From assembly GCA_964482725.1 (NCBI GenBank), contig CAYZYT010000001.1, positions 270,912-334,911 on the forward strand: a stretch of DNA of 64,000 nucleotides. The letters run 5' to 3'. Positions 19,343-29,564 of the stretch are shown here, piece by piece (within the stretch, counting starts at the first letter, position 1; every line of letters begins with the position of its first letter). The position numbers and the translations under genes were made by a program. The notes under the pieces were generated by a model that was not told where the DNA came from, made no database searches, and worked only from the letters and a program-made list of their open reading frames with translations. The stretch is from an uncultured bacterium. GTDB lineage: Bacteria > Omnitrophota > Omnitrophia > Omnitrophales > Aquincolibacteriaceae.

Positions 19343-20761
19343 TTAGAACTCCATTCTTTTTGTTAAGAGGCCTTCGATCTTGTTGTTCGTGTAGGTGTAA
19401 TTCGTGATGCTGGAAAGCGCGTGGTAATATTCGTAAGAGATCGTAAAAACGATATCCTTGAAGGGTTTGGGAAGGATCTTTCCGACCAGAAGCGTCTCGA
19501 GTGGCGCGCCATACGTCCCGCGGTACCGGACCGTGTTGTCGTGACGGTGCATGCTGGAGACGGAAAATTCCGGCGATTGATACCGGTCAAAATACGCACT
19601 CAGCGTGTTGATCACGAACTGGCCCTTCGGCCAGATCCAGGTATGGGTATTGTTCAGGCTGATACGGTCGTAAGCATAGTAATTCTGCTTGGCGAGTTTT
19701 TCCGAATAACCGATGTTCGAGCTCCATCGCATGGTCGGGCTCAACATGTAATTGGCCCCCCACACGTGATCGAACTCCGGACCTTTGCGGTTATAAGAAT
19801 CCGTGTTCTCCGAGACATTCATAAAATCCTGACGCTCGATCCTGAAATCATAGAACACATTGAGTTTTTTGGTAAGATCGCGGTCGAAAAGGAAATTCCC
19901 GCCCTGGCTCCTGAGAAAACTCTGGTCGGACAGGAACAGGTAAGTGTAAAAATACGACGGCGTAAAATTGATGTACTTGCCTTTATACGTCCCGCCGAGC
20001 TCGAACTGGAAAGAACCGAGGTTCAGGGAATGCACATTCGTTTGTTGCTGGAGATAGTGAGTAAAATTCCCGAAAAGGCTGTGCCCGGCCTGAAAACCGA
20101 GATCATGCGTGACATCCAGGCTTGCCACATTCAGAAAGTGAGTATCCGCCCGTCTGACATTCGACCCCTGAGTATCAAGCGCCGTATCAAAGAACAGCTG
20201 CTGTTTGGAATGCGGTGAGGCATTGCGGTTCGTGTCATACCCCCAGCCGGCGCTTTCACGAAGAGTGTAGTGGGTACGCCGCTTCTGGTACTGAATTTTC
20301 TTCTGATAAAAATCGACTTCCCGCTTGATCTCGGGAGGCAGGGCCAGGGTCTTCAGGACATTGAGTTCTTTTTGCACTTCGTTGAGGCTGTCCAAACGAT
20401 ACAGGACCACGGCATACAGCAGCCGGACATCGATCAGGTTCGGATTGATAAGCAGGATCCGTTCCAAGGTCGAAGAGGCGCCGAGCAGTTCGTTCTTCGA
20501 GATCTGATTTTGGGCATAACGAAAATTAAGCTCAATATTATCAGGATCCTTGAGGACATCCTGATAAGTAACGCCGGTCCTGAGCTGATCCGCTTTTTCC
20601 TTTTCCTGGGATTTATCAGCCGTCTTGGCGATCTGGTTCACCCCTCGAGTCTCCCGGCGAACGTTTTGAACCTCATTGGTGACATCTTCGGAAAAACCGG
20701 AAGGGATCGCTGGAAAAACAAAAACCGCAAGGACAAAACAGGCGAGGATCTTGAATTTCAT
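19343..20761 (-). CDS. TPR plus outer-membrane beta-barrel protein (DUF560/Slam-like)
   Basis: Signal peptide, TPR (LERILLINP..VRL), GYDTNRN barrel start, aromatic beta-strands, terminal Phe. Confidence 0.75.
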   Translation of the reverse strand: MKFKILACFVLAVFVFPAIPSGFSEDVTNEVQNVRRETRGVNQIAKTADKSQEKEKADQLRTGVTYQDVLKDPDNIELNFRYAQNQISKNELLGASSTLERILLINPNLIDVRLLYAVVLYRLDSLNEVQKELNVLKTLALPPEIKREVDFYQKKIQYQKRRTHYTLRESAGWGYDTNRNASPHSKQQLFFDTALDTQGSNVRRADTHFLNVASLDVTHDLGFQAGHSLFGNFTHYLQQQTNVHSLNLGSFQFELGGTYKGKYINFTPSYFYTYLFLSDQSFLRSQGGNFLFDRDLTKKLNVFYDFRIERQDFMNVSENTDSYNRKGPEFDHVWGANYMLSPTMRWSSNIGYSEKLAKQNYYAYDRISLNNTHTWIWPKGQFVINTLSAYFDRYQSPEFSVSSMHRHDNTVRYRGTYGAPLETLLVGKILPKPFKDIVFTISYEYYHALSSITNYTYTNNKIEGLLTKRMEF

Positions 20762-20872
20762 GAGAGACGGAGTCCCCTTTCTTTATAGGACGTTGAGGCT
20801 CGGCACCTGGAAAACGGGCTACAATTTGCGGTAGTTTACCCCCGTCGCCTCAGAAAAGCAAATCACAAAAAA

Positions 20873-20960
20873 CGGACTAGGGACCCGAGACTGGAGACCA
20901 GAGTCAAAACAAAATCAACCCAAAGCATCATTTTGTCTGTAGTCTCTGGTCTGTGGTCTC
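20873..20960. repeat. Inverted heptamer-repeat hairpin (GAGACYN / GTCTSTR)
   Basis: cggacta-gggaccc-gagactg-gagacca ... gtctgta-gtctctg-gtctgtg-gtctc. Confidence 0.7.
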
Positions 20961-21029
20961 GTTGGCAGCATGATCCACATCCTCGCAATTTAAGACATTC
21001 GTTCCTGAAAAATCCGTTATAATGCCCTT

Positions 21030-22997
21030 ATGTCATTCCAATTGGATCCGTTCCAGATCGAAGCCATCGCATGGATCGAAAAAGAACATTCCCTTCTCGT
21101 TTCCGCACCCACAGGTTCCGGGAAAACACTCATTGCCGAAAAAGCCGTTGAGAAAGCCCTCTCCCGAGGCGAGCAGGTCATCTACACCGCCCCGATCAAA
21201 GCCCTGAGCAATCAGAAGTTCCGCGATTTCCAGGTGCATTTCGGTAAAGAAACGGTCGGCATCCTGACCGGGGACGTCTCGATCAATTCCGGAGCGCCGC
21301 TCCTCATTATGACAACGGAGATCTACCGGAATTGCCTTTTTGAGAACGCGGAGCGCATCCAAAAGATCGGCTGGGTCATTTTTGACGAAGTCCATTATCT
21401 GGATGACCCGCAACGAGGCACGGTCTGGGAAGAGGCGCTCCTTTTCACACCCCCGGAGATTCGCATCCTCGCGCTCTCCGCCACGATCCCGAACGTCCAG
21501 GAACTCGCGGCCTGGATCCGGCAGATCCACCAGCGCCCGATCGCCGTGATCGAAGAGACGCATCGCCCCGTTCCGCTCCATTTTCTTTTTCAATGCCAGG
21601 GCAAGATCCTCACGAATACAAAATCGCTTCGCAAGGAGGGCTACCTCCAGCGCGACAATTGGCAGCTTTCCATGCGGGAAAAGCGCCGCGGTTGGCAGCC
21701 CCCCCGCGCGCGGCCGAATCGCCTGCATGACATGATCCAGCACTTGATCAACGAAGATCAACTCCCGGCCATTTATTTCGCCTTCGGACGAAAACGCACG
21801 GCCCAGCTTGCCTGGGAAGTCGCCCATTTCGATTTTTTGAGAGATGCGGAACGCCGAGAGGTCCGGACGCTTTATGATGAACTTTTGGCGCGTTACGACC
21901 TGGCCGGGGACAAAACCGCCGAAGAGATACGCCCGCTCATTGAGCAAGGCATCGCCTACCATCATGCCGGCATGCTCCCAACGCTCAAGGAAGTCATCGA
22001 AAGACTTTTCACAAGCCGCTTGCTCAAGCTCATCTTCACGACCGAAACCTTCGCGCTGGGGATCAACATGCCGGCGCGCACGGTTGTCTTCGATGAGCTG
22101 GAAAAATTCTACGGGACAGGATTTAAACCGCTCACCACACGGGACTTTTTCCAGATGGCCGGACGTGCGGGACGCCGCGGCATGGATCCTGAAGGATTCG
22201 CCTACTGCCGTATCCATCCGAACGATATCGCCTTCCCGGAAGTGGAGCGCATCCTTTACGGAAAGCCGGAACCTGTGCGCAGTCAGCTAAACGCCACCTA
22301 CGCAACACTCCTGAACCTTTACAAGATGCTCGGGCACCGGCTCCTTGAGATCTATCCCCGGTCCTTCCATTTCTTTCAGTCCTCCAAACGAAAACGCGAT
22401 GAAGGGCTCGACTTATTGAAGAACAAACTGGCACTTCTGCAGGAGATGGGTTACATCACGGACCAAGGAACGACTGAGACCCAAGGCGTGCTCACGGTCA
22501 AAGGAGAATTTGCGGCCTCGATCTTTGGATTTGAGTTGCTTCTTACGGAAATGTATACCGATGGCGCGCTCGAGCAACTGGACGAAGCGAAATTGAACGT
22601 CTTCCTGGCGGGGCTGATCTTTGAACCCCGGAAAAATGACGAAGCCCCGCGGCTCGGGAAAGACCACGGGGAGTTACTTAAAATGACACAGCATTATCAC
22701 CGGATGATCTTTAAGTGGGAATCCAATTTCCGCGTCACGCCTCACACCAAGCCTCCCTATTTCCATCTCGCCCGCCCCATCGAAGCCTGGACGCAGGGCA
22801 AGGATTTTGATCATATCTGCAAACTCACCTCGGAAGACGAAGGGAGCCTGGTGCGTTATATCCGGATGGTGATCCAATTGTTGCGGGAGATCGCGAACGC
22901 GCCGCACGCGTCCGAAGGGCTCAAAGCGAAAGCTCGACGCGCACGGGGGATGATCGATCGGGATGTGGTGGACGCGGAAAAACAGCTGCGGGTCTAG
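21030..22997 (+). CDS. Ski2/HelY-like DEAD/DEAH-box RNA helicase
   Basis: APTGSGKT, PIKALSNQKF, DEVH, LSAT, HHAGML, QMAGRAGRRG, C-terminal DSHCT-like DEGSLVR. Confidence 0.92.
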   Translation: MSFQLDPFQIEAIAWIEKEHSLLVSAPTGSGKTLIAEKAVEKALSRGEQVIYTAPIKALSNQKFRDFQVHFGKETVGILTGDVSINSGAPLLIMTTEIYRNCLFENAERIQKIGWVIFDEVHYLDDPQRGTVWEEALLFTPPEIRILALSATIPNVQELAAWIRQIHQRPIAVIEETHRPVPLHFLFQCQGKILTNTKSLRKEGYLQRDNWQLSMREKRRGWQPPRARPNRLHDMIQHLINEDQLPAIYFAFGRKRTAQLAWEVAHFDFLRDAERREVRTLYDELLARYDLAGDKTAEEIRPLIEQGIAYHHAGMLPTLKEVIERLFTSRLLKLIFTTETFALGINMPARTVVFDELEKFYGTGFKPLTTRDFFQMAGRAGRRGMDPEGFAYCRIHPNDIAFPEVERILYGKPEPVRSQLNATYATLLNLYKMLGHRLLEIYPRSFHFFQSSKRKRDEGLDLLKNKLALLQEMGYITDQGTTETQGVLTVKGEFAASIFGFELLLTEMYTDGALEQLDEAKLNVFLAGLIFEPRKNDEAPRLGKDHGELLKMTQHYHRMIFKWESNFRVTPHTKPPYFHLARPIEAWTQGKDFDHICKLTSEDEGSLVRYIRMVIQLLREIANAPHASEGLKAKARRARGMIDRDVVDAEKQLRV

Positions 22998-23004
22998 CCC
23001 TACA

Positions 23005-23760
23005 TTACATCATGCCCTTTAAAAGATCGTCTATCTTTTCCAAAAGATCATTTTCGTTGCGATGGAGGATGATCCGTTCCCCTGAAAAAGTTTTTAGAGC
23101 CTCCCCGGAAAGTCTCTCTTCGCAGTAAACAAAAAAAGACACCTCGCTAAGCAAGGGGTGCCCCTCAAGTTTCTCTTTGAGTTTCCGAGCGTCGACAAGG
23201 CTTTCATCCTCCCAGAATTGGCAAAAAACATGGGCGGCATTGAGCTGCTTTGTTAGATGAAAGGCATCGTCCTCGTTCAGAGCGACAAAGGCCTGAAAAC
23301 CACGCTCTTGGATCGCCGTTTGGATCTTACTGAGGAGATCCTCCTGAACGCCAAGGATCACCACGCGCTTGGAACCATCCGGGTTCTGCTCCGCACTTTT
23401 CCACAAGAGCCTTTCTATTTTAGAGAGTAAGGCCTTAATCTCGTACGGTTTCGGCATGAACTCCACACTATTAAGATCCGTAAAAAATTCCCGCATACTC
23501 GCTTTTGCTGACATAGCAAGCACCGGAATCTTCCGTAAGGCTTCAATCTCGCGGATCTTTTGAAGGGCTTCATAGCCGGTCATTTTCGGCATCATCACAT
23601 CCATCACAATAAGATCCGGTTTTTGGGATTGGGCCATGGCCAACGCCTCGGCTCCATCCTGGGCCGTACAAACCTCATAGCCAGACGCCGAGAGTTGCTT
23701 GGTCAGTAGCGCCACAACGGTCGGGCTATCATCTACAACAAGGATCTTTCTAGCAGGCAT
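23005..23760 (-). CDS. Response regulator: receiver plus degenerate second receiver (paralog 1 of 4)
   Basis: ILVVDD, DVMMP, KPY; C-terminal pseudo-REC with CQFWEDES. Confidence 0.88.
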   Translation of the reverse strand: MPARKILVVDDSPTVVALLTKQLSASGYEVCTAQDGAEALAMAQSQKPDLIVMDVMMPKMTGYEALQKIREIEALRKIPVLAMSAKASMREFFTDLNSVEFMPKPYEIKALLSKIERLLWKSAEQNPDGSKRVVILGVQEDLLSKIQTAIQERGFQAFVALNEDDAFHLTKQLNAAHVFCQFWEDESLVDARKLKEKLEGHPLLSEVSFFVYCEERLSGEALKTFSGERIILHRNENDLLEKIDDLLKGMM

Positions 23761-23846
23761 GATCTTGTCAGCTCCTTTTTCATCATTCACTTAAAAGCAT
23801 CCACTCGACATGGGACCCTCGCGGACAAACAGCGGCAGGCCTAACA

Positions 23847-24599
23847 TTATTTTTCTTTAAAAAGCTCGCCTATCTTCTTCAAAAGATCCGCTTCATTGCG
23901 ATGAGACACAACCTGATCCTCCGTAAAAGTTTTTAGAACCTCTCCGAAAAGTCTCTCTTCGCAGTAAACAAAAAAAGATACCTCGCTAAGCAAGGGGTGC
24001 CCCTCAAGTTTCTCTTTGAGTTTCCGAGCGTCGACAATACTCTCATCCTCCCAGAATTGGCAAAAAACATGGGCGGCATTGAGCTGCTTTGTGAGATGAA
24101 AGGCATCCTCCTCATTCAGCGCCTTAAAAGTCTGGAACCCAAGCGCATTGACCAACATTTGAAGTTTATTGGTAAGAGCCTCCTGGACGCCAAGAAACAC
24201 CACTCTCCTAGAACCATCCGGATCCCTCTTTTCGCTCTCCCAAAGAAGCCTTTCGATCCTGGCGAGCAAGGTCCGGATCTCATACGGCTTCAGCATGAAC
24301 TCTACGCCGTTAAGGTCCGTGAAAAAAGCCCCCATGTTCTTATTGGCGGAGAGGATGATCGCAGGAATTTTTCGAAGCTCCTCCGCATCGCGCACTTTCT
24401 GAAGGACTTCATAACCGGTCATTTTCGGCATCATGACATCCATCACGATAAGATCCGGTTTTTGAGCTCTCACTGCGCCCAAAGCCTCGGCTCCGCCCGC
24501 GGCCGTACAAACCTCGTAACCCGACGCCATGAGCTGTTGGGTCAGGGTAGCTACAATCGTCGGGCTATCATCCACGACAAGGATCTTTTTAGAAGGCAT
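23847..24599 (-). CDS. Response regulator paralog 2 of 4
   Basis: Same architecture, 250 aa. Confidence 0.88.
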   Translation of the reverse strand: MPSKKILVVDDSPTIVATLTQQLMASGYEVCTAAGGAEALGAVRAQKPDLIVMDVMMPKMTGYEVLQKVRDAEELRKIPAIILSANKNMGAFFTDLNGVEFMLKPYEIRTLLARIERLLWESEKRDPDGSRRVVFLGVQEALTNKLQMLVNALGFQTFKALNEEDAFHLTKQLNAAHVFCQFWEDESIVDARKLKEKLEGHPLLSEVSFFVYCEERLFGEVLKTFTEDQVVSHRNEADLLKKIGELFKEK

Positions 24600-24688
24600 G
24601 TCTTTAAAAACTCCTCATGAATCATTACTTCGAACGGCTTGGTCAGAAGGGGGTCGACGCGAAAAAACAGCTGCGGCCTAGTACCGTG

Positions 24689-25441
24689 TTACATTTCCTT
24701 AAAAAGGTCGGCAAGCTTTTCCAAAAGCTCGTTCTCATCACTGTAAATAATGACCCGTCCGTCTGCAAAAGTCTTCCGAGCCTCGCCGGAAAGCCTCTCT
24801 TCGCAATAAACATAAAAGGGTACTTCGCTAAGCAACGGGTGCCCTCCGAGCTTTTCTTTGAGTTTGTGAACATCGCCCCCTCCCGCATCCTCGCAGAATT
24901 GGCACAAGATATTCCCGGGATTCAGCTGCTGCGCCAGATGGAAGGCATCCTCCCCGTTCAGCGCAATAAAAGCCTGAAAACCAAGCCCCTGGATCGCCAT
25001 CTGGAGCCTTTGGGTAAGAGCCTCTTGGCCCCCAAAAAGCACCACTCGCTTGTAACCATCCGGGCTCTGCTCCTCGCTTTCCCAAAGAAGCCTTTCTATC
25101 CTGGAGAGTAAGATCCGGGTCTCATACGGCTTCGGCACAAACTCTACGCCATGAAGGTCCGTGAAAAATTCTCGCATACTCGGCTTTGCTGAAATAATAA
25201 TCGCGGGAATTTTCCGAAACGCATCCGTTTCTCGGATCTTTTGGAGCGCTAGATAGCCGGTCATTTTCGGCATCATCACATCCATCACAATAAGATCCGG
25301 CTTCTGCGACTGCACCATCACCAAGGCCTCGGCTCCATCCACGGCCGTACAAACCTCGTAGCCGGACGCAGTCAGCCGCTTGCCAAGGATCGCCACAAGA
25401 TTCGGATCATCATCCACCAGAAGGATCTTTTTGGATGCCAT
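24689..25441 (-). CDS. Response regulator paralog 3 of 4
   Basis: Same architecture, 250 aa. Confidence 0.88.
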   Translation of the reverse strand: MASKKILLVDDDPNLVAILGKRLTASGYEVCTAVDGAEALVMVQSQKPDLIVMDVMMPKMTGYLALQKIRETDAFRKIPAIIISAKPSMREFFTDLHGVEFVPKPYETRILLSRIERLLWESEEQSPDGYKRVVLFGGQEALTQRLQMAIQGLGFQAFIALNGEDAFHLAQQLNPGNILCQFCEDAGGGDVHKLKEKLGGHPLLSEVPFYVYCEERLSGEARKTFADGRVIIYSDENELLEKLADLFKEM

Positions 25442-25460
25442 GCCTATTTAAAACTCCGCT

Positions 25461-26213
25461 TCATGACTCCTTTAAAAACTCGCTTATCTTATTTAAGAGC
25501 TCTTCCTTGTCGCGATACATAATGATCCGCCCCTCCACAAAAGATTTGCGAGCTTCAACCACGATTCTCTCTTCGCAATAAACATAAAGAGGCACCTGTT
25601 TTAGCAGAGGATGGGTCGCCAGTTTTCCTTTGAGCTTTTGGGCGCTCAGGATGCTTTCATCCTCCCAGAACTGGCACAAGATATTCCCGGGGGTCACCTG
25701 CTGCGCCAGCTGGACAGCATCCTCCTCGTTCAGTGCGATAAAAACCTGAAAACCGAGCGAACGGGCCAGCATTTGGATCTTATTGGTAAGAACCTCCTGG
25801 ACTCCCAAAAGCACCATCCGTTTTGAACCATCCGGATTCTGCGTTTCGCTTTCCCACAGAAGCCTTTCCACCTTGGACAGAAGTACCCGAGGATCATACG
25901 GTTTGGGGACAAAATCAATAAAGGGACGGTCCTTAAAAAATTCCCGCATACTTCCTTTGGCTGAAATAATGATCACCGGGATCTTCCGCCATTCATCCCG
26001 CTTGCGGATCATTTCAAGGACCTCATAGCCGGTCATCTTCGGCATAAGGACATCCAGAATAATAAGGGCGGGCTTTTCCGATCCCATCTTCGCGAGAGCT
26101 TCTTCCCCGTTCATGGCGGTGGAAACCTCATACCCGGAAGACATGAGTCGCTGTGCCAGGACGGCCACGATATCCGGGTCATCATCCACTACGAGGATCT
26201 TTCTAGATCGCAT
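25461..26213 (-). CDS. Response regulator paralog 4 of 4
   Basis: Same architecture, 250 aa. Confidence 0.88.
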   Translation of the reverse strand: MRSRKILVVDDDPDIVAVLAQRLMSSGYEVSTAMNGEEALAKMGSEKPALIILDVLMPKMTGYEVLEMIRKRDEWRKIPVIIISAKGSMREFFKDRPFIDFVPKPYDPRVLLSKVERLLWESETQNPDGSKRMVLLGVQEVLTNKIQMLARSLGFQVFIALNEEDAVQLAQQVTPGNILCQFWEDESILSAQKLKGKLATHPLLKQVPLYVYCEERIVVEARKSFVEGRIIMYRDKEELLNKISEFLKES

Positions 26214-26326
26214 GTTTTTCTAAAACTCCGTTTTCACTTCCCCCAGGAAAATACAATGAAATCATAATAAGCGTACTTGGTCTATTTTACAAGCGACTGT
26301 TTCTCCCCTTTCACTCGATCTGTTTC

Positions 26327-29300
26327 TCAGCACTCCCCCAAGCCTTCTTTCTCATCCTCCTGGCGTATTTTCTCCAGAAAGATCGGCAACTTCCATTTCT
26401 CAACACGGCACACGGTATCATAAGGGCAAAAACTTTCGCAATCCCGCGGCCGCACGGGGATCTCGGCGGATGCGATGGCTTTCATAAACTTTTGAACGAA
26501 CGCGACCGCCCGCCCCAAAACCTTTTGGAACACTTCGTCCGGGAGCTGAGACCGGGAAGAAAACTCTTTTTCAAACGTCTCCGCGATCCCTTCGCAATAA
26601 AAACCACTCCGCTTATGGTCTCGGATGGAATAGATCTCAGCACCAAGAGGCGCAAGGCCCAGATGCTTTTGAACCGCCAGAAGATAAAGCGGTAGCTGGA
26701 GCGCAGTGCCCAGATTAAGGTTGGACGCCTTGAACTGCGCCGAGCGTTTGTAATCGATCACCACAGCGAACTTCTTCTCCGCATCTGTATCGATCCGGTC
26801 CACGCGGCCCCGTAGCCGGATCCTTTTGCCTTCGCTCTCGATCTCGAACGCCGGCCGATCCTTGTCCCCGAAGGGATACTCCACGTAGCACGGCTTAAAA
26901 GATGAGTGTTTCAGTCGCTCCGCCTCATAGCTCATAAAATCCAAAAGCATCTCGGAAAGCTCACGGCGATCCAAAGCCTCCTGGTAAGGCTCTGCCCATA
27001 ACATCGGATGCCGCTTGAAGCCTTCTTCCATTTCACGTTGAATGAATGCTTCGATCGACTCTTTCGGATCTTTCTTTCCCTTGGGGTCAAAATACTGCTG
27101 AAGCACATGGTGCAGGATGCTTCCTTTTTGCATCACGCGGATATCACCGCCCACCTCTTTCAATTTGAGAACTTTGTCAGAAAAATAGCGGAAAGGACAT
27201 TTGGCATAAGTCTCCAGGCGCGTCGGGCTTGTTTCCGGGATCTCGAAATATTTCCCTTTTAGGATCATATCATCCAGGATCCTCGCCTCGACAGGCTTCA
27301 GAGCGGAAAGAAGGCGCTGGCGACTTTGAGGATCTCCGGAAAGCTGGCCCAAAGCCTTTTTAAACGCCGGCCCTGGGCTTCCCGCGTTTCGAAGAGCTCC
27401 AACGACGGAGGCTTCCAATTCCCGGCGCGTGATCGCTTCCTCGATCTCTGGGAAAGGTCGCGAGAGGTCCTGACGCATCACAGGGACATGGCCCTCAAAA
27501 AGGTCTTTGACTTCTTCCAGATAGAACGAGGGCAGGGATTCTTTCCCTTCGAAATCAAGATGCGGGCAGCTTAAAAAAAGCTGCTCTTTCGCGCGTGTAA
27601 CCGCGACATAAAAAAAGAACCGCTCGATATCCTGCCGGGGCAGACATTCGGCAAGAGGATGTTCCCTGTCGCCATTCATCAATTTCCTCTCCCAATCCGA
27701 GAGCAGCGGATCTTCGCGAACCTGCATGGGAAAAACTTTTTCCAGGAGGCCTGCCACGAACACGACTTTGTATTCTTTCTGCCGGGCCAGCGAAACATCG
27801 TAGACCTGGACGCGGTTCTTGTCGCGCTCGTGAAGCGAATAAACGTCCAGTTCCACAAGGCCGAGGAAGTGATCGGCGAAACTGTCAAAAGAGATCTCCG
27901 GCGCTTTACCTTTCAGAAAATAACTTTGGATTTCATCGAGCAAAGCCTCGAATCGTTTGGCGCAGGCCGCATCCCTCCGCGTGAAAGAGGTGTAGCCGTC
28001 GCTTATCTCCAGGATCCCGAAAGTGTCGTACACCGCCCGTTTGAAGATCCGGACATGCTCTTCCGCCGTTTGGACTCTCCGGAACCGATCTTCAAGCTCT
28101 ATGAGAGCCTCCAGCGTTGCCGCCTTTTTCACATTAAAATCCGCCAAGCTTTCTCCATCTCCCCGCATCCAATCCGCCATCCACGCCTCGCGTGTTCCCG
28201 CCACGCCTTCCAGGAACGAACGCTGCTCAAACTCCGCGAGCCATGCTTCATCCTTGGCTCTATCTTTCCCAAGACGACGCGTGTAACCCGATTTCAGGAA
28301 AGCAAAAACGTCCTCCCGCTGCCAGGCATTCCTGAAAATAGAAAGCAGCGACGATGTCGCAGCGATCCAGGAAGAGAATTTTAAACGATCGCGTTCATGG
28401 ACCTCGGCAGGGATCCCGTAACGCGAAAAGACCGAAGCAATGACCGGCGCGTAATGCCGGATCTGGCGAAACAAGACCGCAAAATCACTATAGCGGTAAT
28501 CCCCGGTCGCATAGAGCTTGTGGATCTGCCGGGCGATCAGCTCGATCTCCCCTTCGGTCCCGATCGCGTCCAGCATCACGATGTCCTGCCCTATGGCCGG
28601 CACCGGGTTGCGGGATTTCTGAGAGAAAATATTTTTTTGGAGAAAAAGAAGTGATGTCTTTTCAGTGCGATAAGAATGCGCCTTCAGGGTCCGCGCTTTG
28701 AACCCGAGCTTTTCGAGATCCTTCTGTGTCTGGCTCACGGCTTCAAAAGCTTCTTCGCGCCCTTCTTCTTTGGTAAGCGTGATCGTGATGTTTTCTGTAA
28801 TCGCCGAAAGCTCCCGGAGGTATTCCAGCTGCAAATTCGAAAAATCAAAAAAACCGTCGATCCAGATCGCTTTGAATCGCATCCCCGGAGCCTCCGCCTT
28901 CTTTTTCTTCTCACGGAAGAGGCGCAGTGAATCCTGGCTGTCCCGAAGACCGTTCTTTTTCAGACGTGCTTCATATTGTTCATAAAAATCGGCAAGCGCT
29001 TCGTACTTCGCAACATAGGCTGGCTCAAAACCCTTGAGCGTGTTCATGCGTTTTCGAAAGACCTCGGAAGAAATGCAGGACTCCTTAAGCTCGGTGATAA
29101 ATTGCGCCATCAGCCCCAGGAATCCGGGTTGCTCATACACTTCCATGAAATAGTCCCATGCGTTCTCGCGGAGGAGGTCCCGGACGATCATCGTGCGCGT
29201 GAGGCTGGAAGCCACGGGGATATCGGCAACTCGGAAAAGATCTCCCGCAAGACGGGAAAGCGTCGTCACGCGTTTATGGAAAAATCCCTTGAGACCCCGC

Positions 29301-29467
29301 TGGATCAAAAGCGAGACGACGCGTTCGGTGTGTTCTGCGGAGGGAACGATAAAGAAAAGATCGGCGGCAAGCGGATCGGGCGCGTTTGAAAGCGCCGTCC
29401 CGAAGGAATCAAGAAGCTCGTGCGTCTTCCCGCAACCCGCGGGACCGATGAGCAATGTCTTCGACAT
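26327..29467 (-). CDS. addB: AddB/RexB-like helicase-nuclease subunit (PD-(D/E)XK, Fe-S)
   Basis: GPAGCGKT, IDGF, YVAVTRA, CPF, RGRVDRID..VIDYK, QLPLY, CESFCPYDTVC. Confidence 0.82.
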   Translation of the reverse strand: MSKTLLIGPAGCGKTHELLDSFGTALSNAPDPLAADLFFIVPSAEHTERVVSLLIQRGLKGFFHKRVTTLSRLAGDLFRVADIPVASSLTRTMIVRDLLRENAWDYFMEVYEQPGFLGLMAQFITELKESCISSEVFRKRMNTLKGFEPAYVAKYEALADFYEQYEARLKKNGLRDSQDSLRLFREKKKKAEAPGMRFKAIWIDGFFDFSNLQLEYLRELSAITENITITLTKEEGREEAFEAVSQTQKDLEKLGFKARTLKAHSYRTEKTSLLFLQKNIFSQKSRNPVPAIGQDIVMLDAIGTEGEIELIARQIHKLYATGDYRYSDFAVLFRQIRHYAPVIASVFSRYGIPAEVHERDRLKFSSWIAATSSLLSIFRNAWQREDVFAFLKSGYTRRLGKDRAKDEAWLAEFEQRSFLEGVAGTREAWMADWMRGDGESLADFNVKKAATLEALIELEDRFRRVQTAEEHVRIFKRAVYDTFGILEISDGYTSFTRRDAACAKRFEALLDEIQSYFLKGKAPEISFDSFADHFLGLVELDVYSLHERDKNRVQVYDVSLARQKEYKVVFVAGLLEKVFPMQVREDPLLSDWERKLMNGDREHPLAECLPRQDIERFFFYVAVTRAKEQLFLSCPHLDFEGKESLPSFYLEEVKDLFEGHVPVMRQDLSRPFPEIEEAITRRELEASVVGALRNAGSPGPAFKKALGQLSGDPQSRQRLLSALKPVEARILDDMILKGKYFEIPETSPTRLETYAKCPFRYFSDKVLKLKEVGGDIRVMQKGSILHHVLQQYFDPKGKKDPKESIEAFIQREMEEGFKRHPMLWAEPYQEALDRRELSEMLLDFMSYEAERLKHSSFKPCYVEYPFGDKDRPAFEIESEGKRIRLRGRVDRIDTDAEKKFAVVIDYKRSAQFKASNLNLGTALQLPLYLLAVQKHLGLAPLGAEIYSIRDHKRSGFYCEGIAETFEKEFSSRSQLPDEVFQKVLGRAVAFVQKFMKAIASAEIPVRPRDCESFCPYDTVCRVEKWKLPIFLEKIRQEDEKEGLGEC

Positions 29468-29482
29468 GTTTTAACAGGCTGT

Positions 29483-29561
29483 CGGATGGCGGAGGGAGGA
29501 TGGCGTTTTCCGAAAAACAGGGAAAGCTAGGCGATATCCGCCCTCCTCCCTCCGCCATCCG
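29483..29561. repeat. Inverted heptamer-type hairpin
   Basis: CGGATGG-CGGAGGG-AGGA ... TCCTCCCTCCGCCATCCG, 18-bp inverted arms. Confidence 0.8.
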
Positions 29562-29564
29562 TGA

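Noticed and set aside
23005-26213. Diversity-generating retroelement acting on the regulator paralogs
   Set aside because: No reverse transcriptase in the window and differences are not adenine-specific
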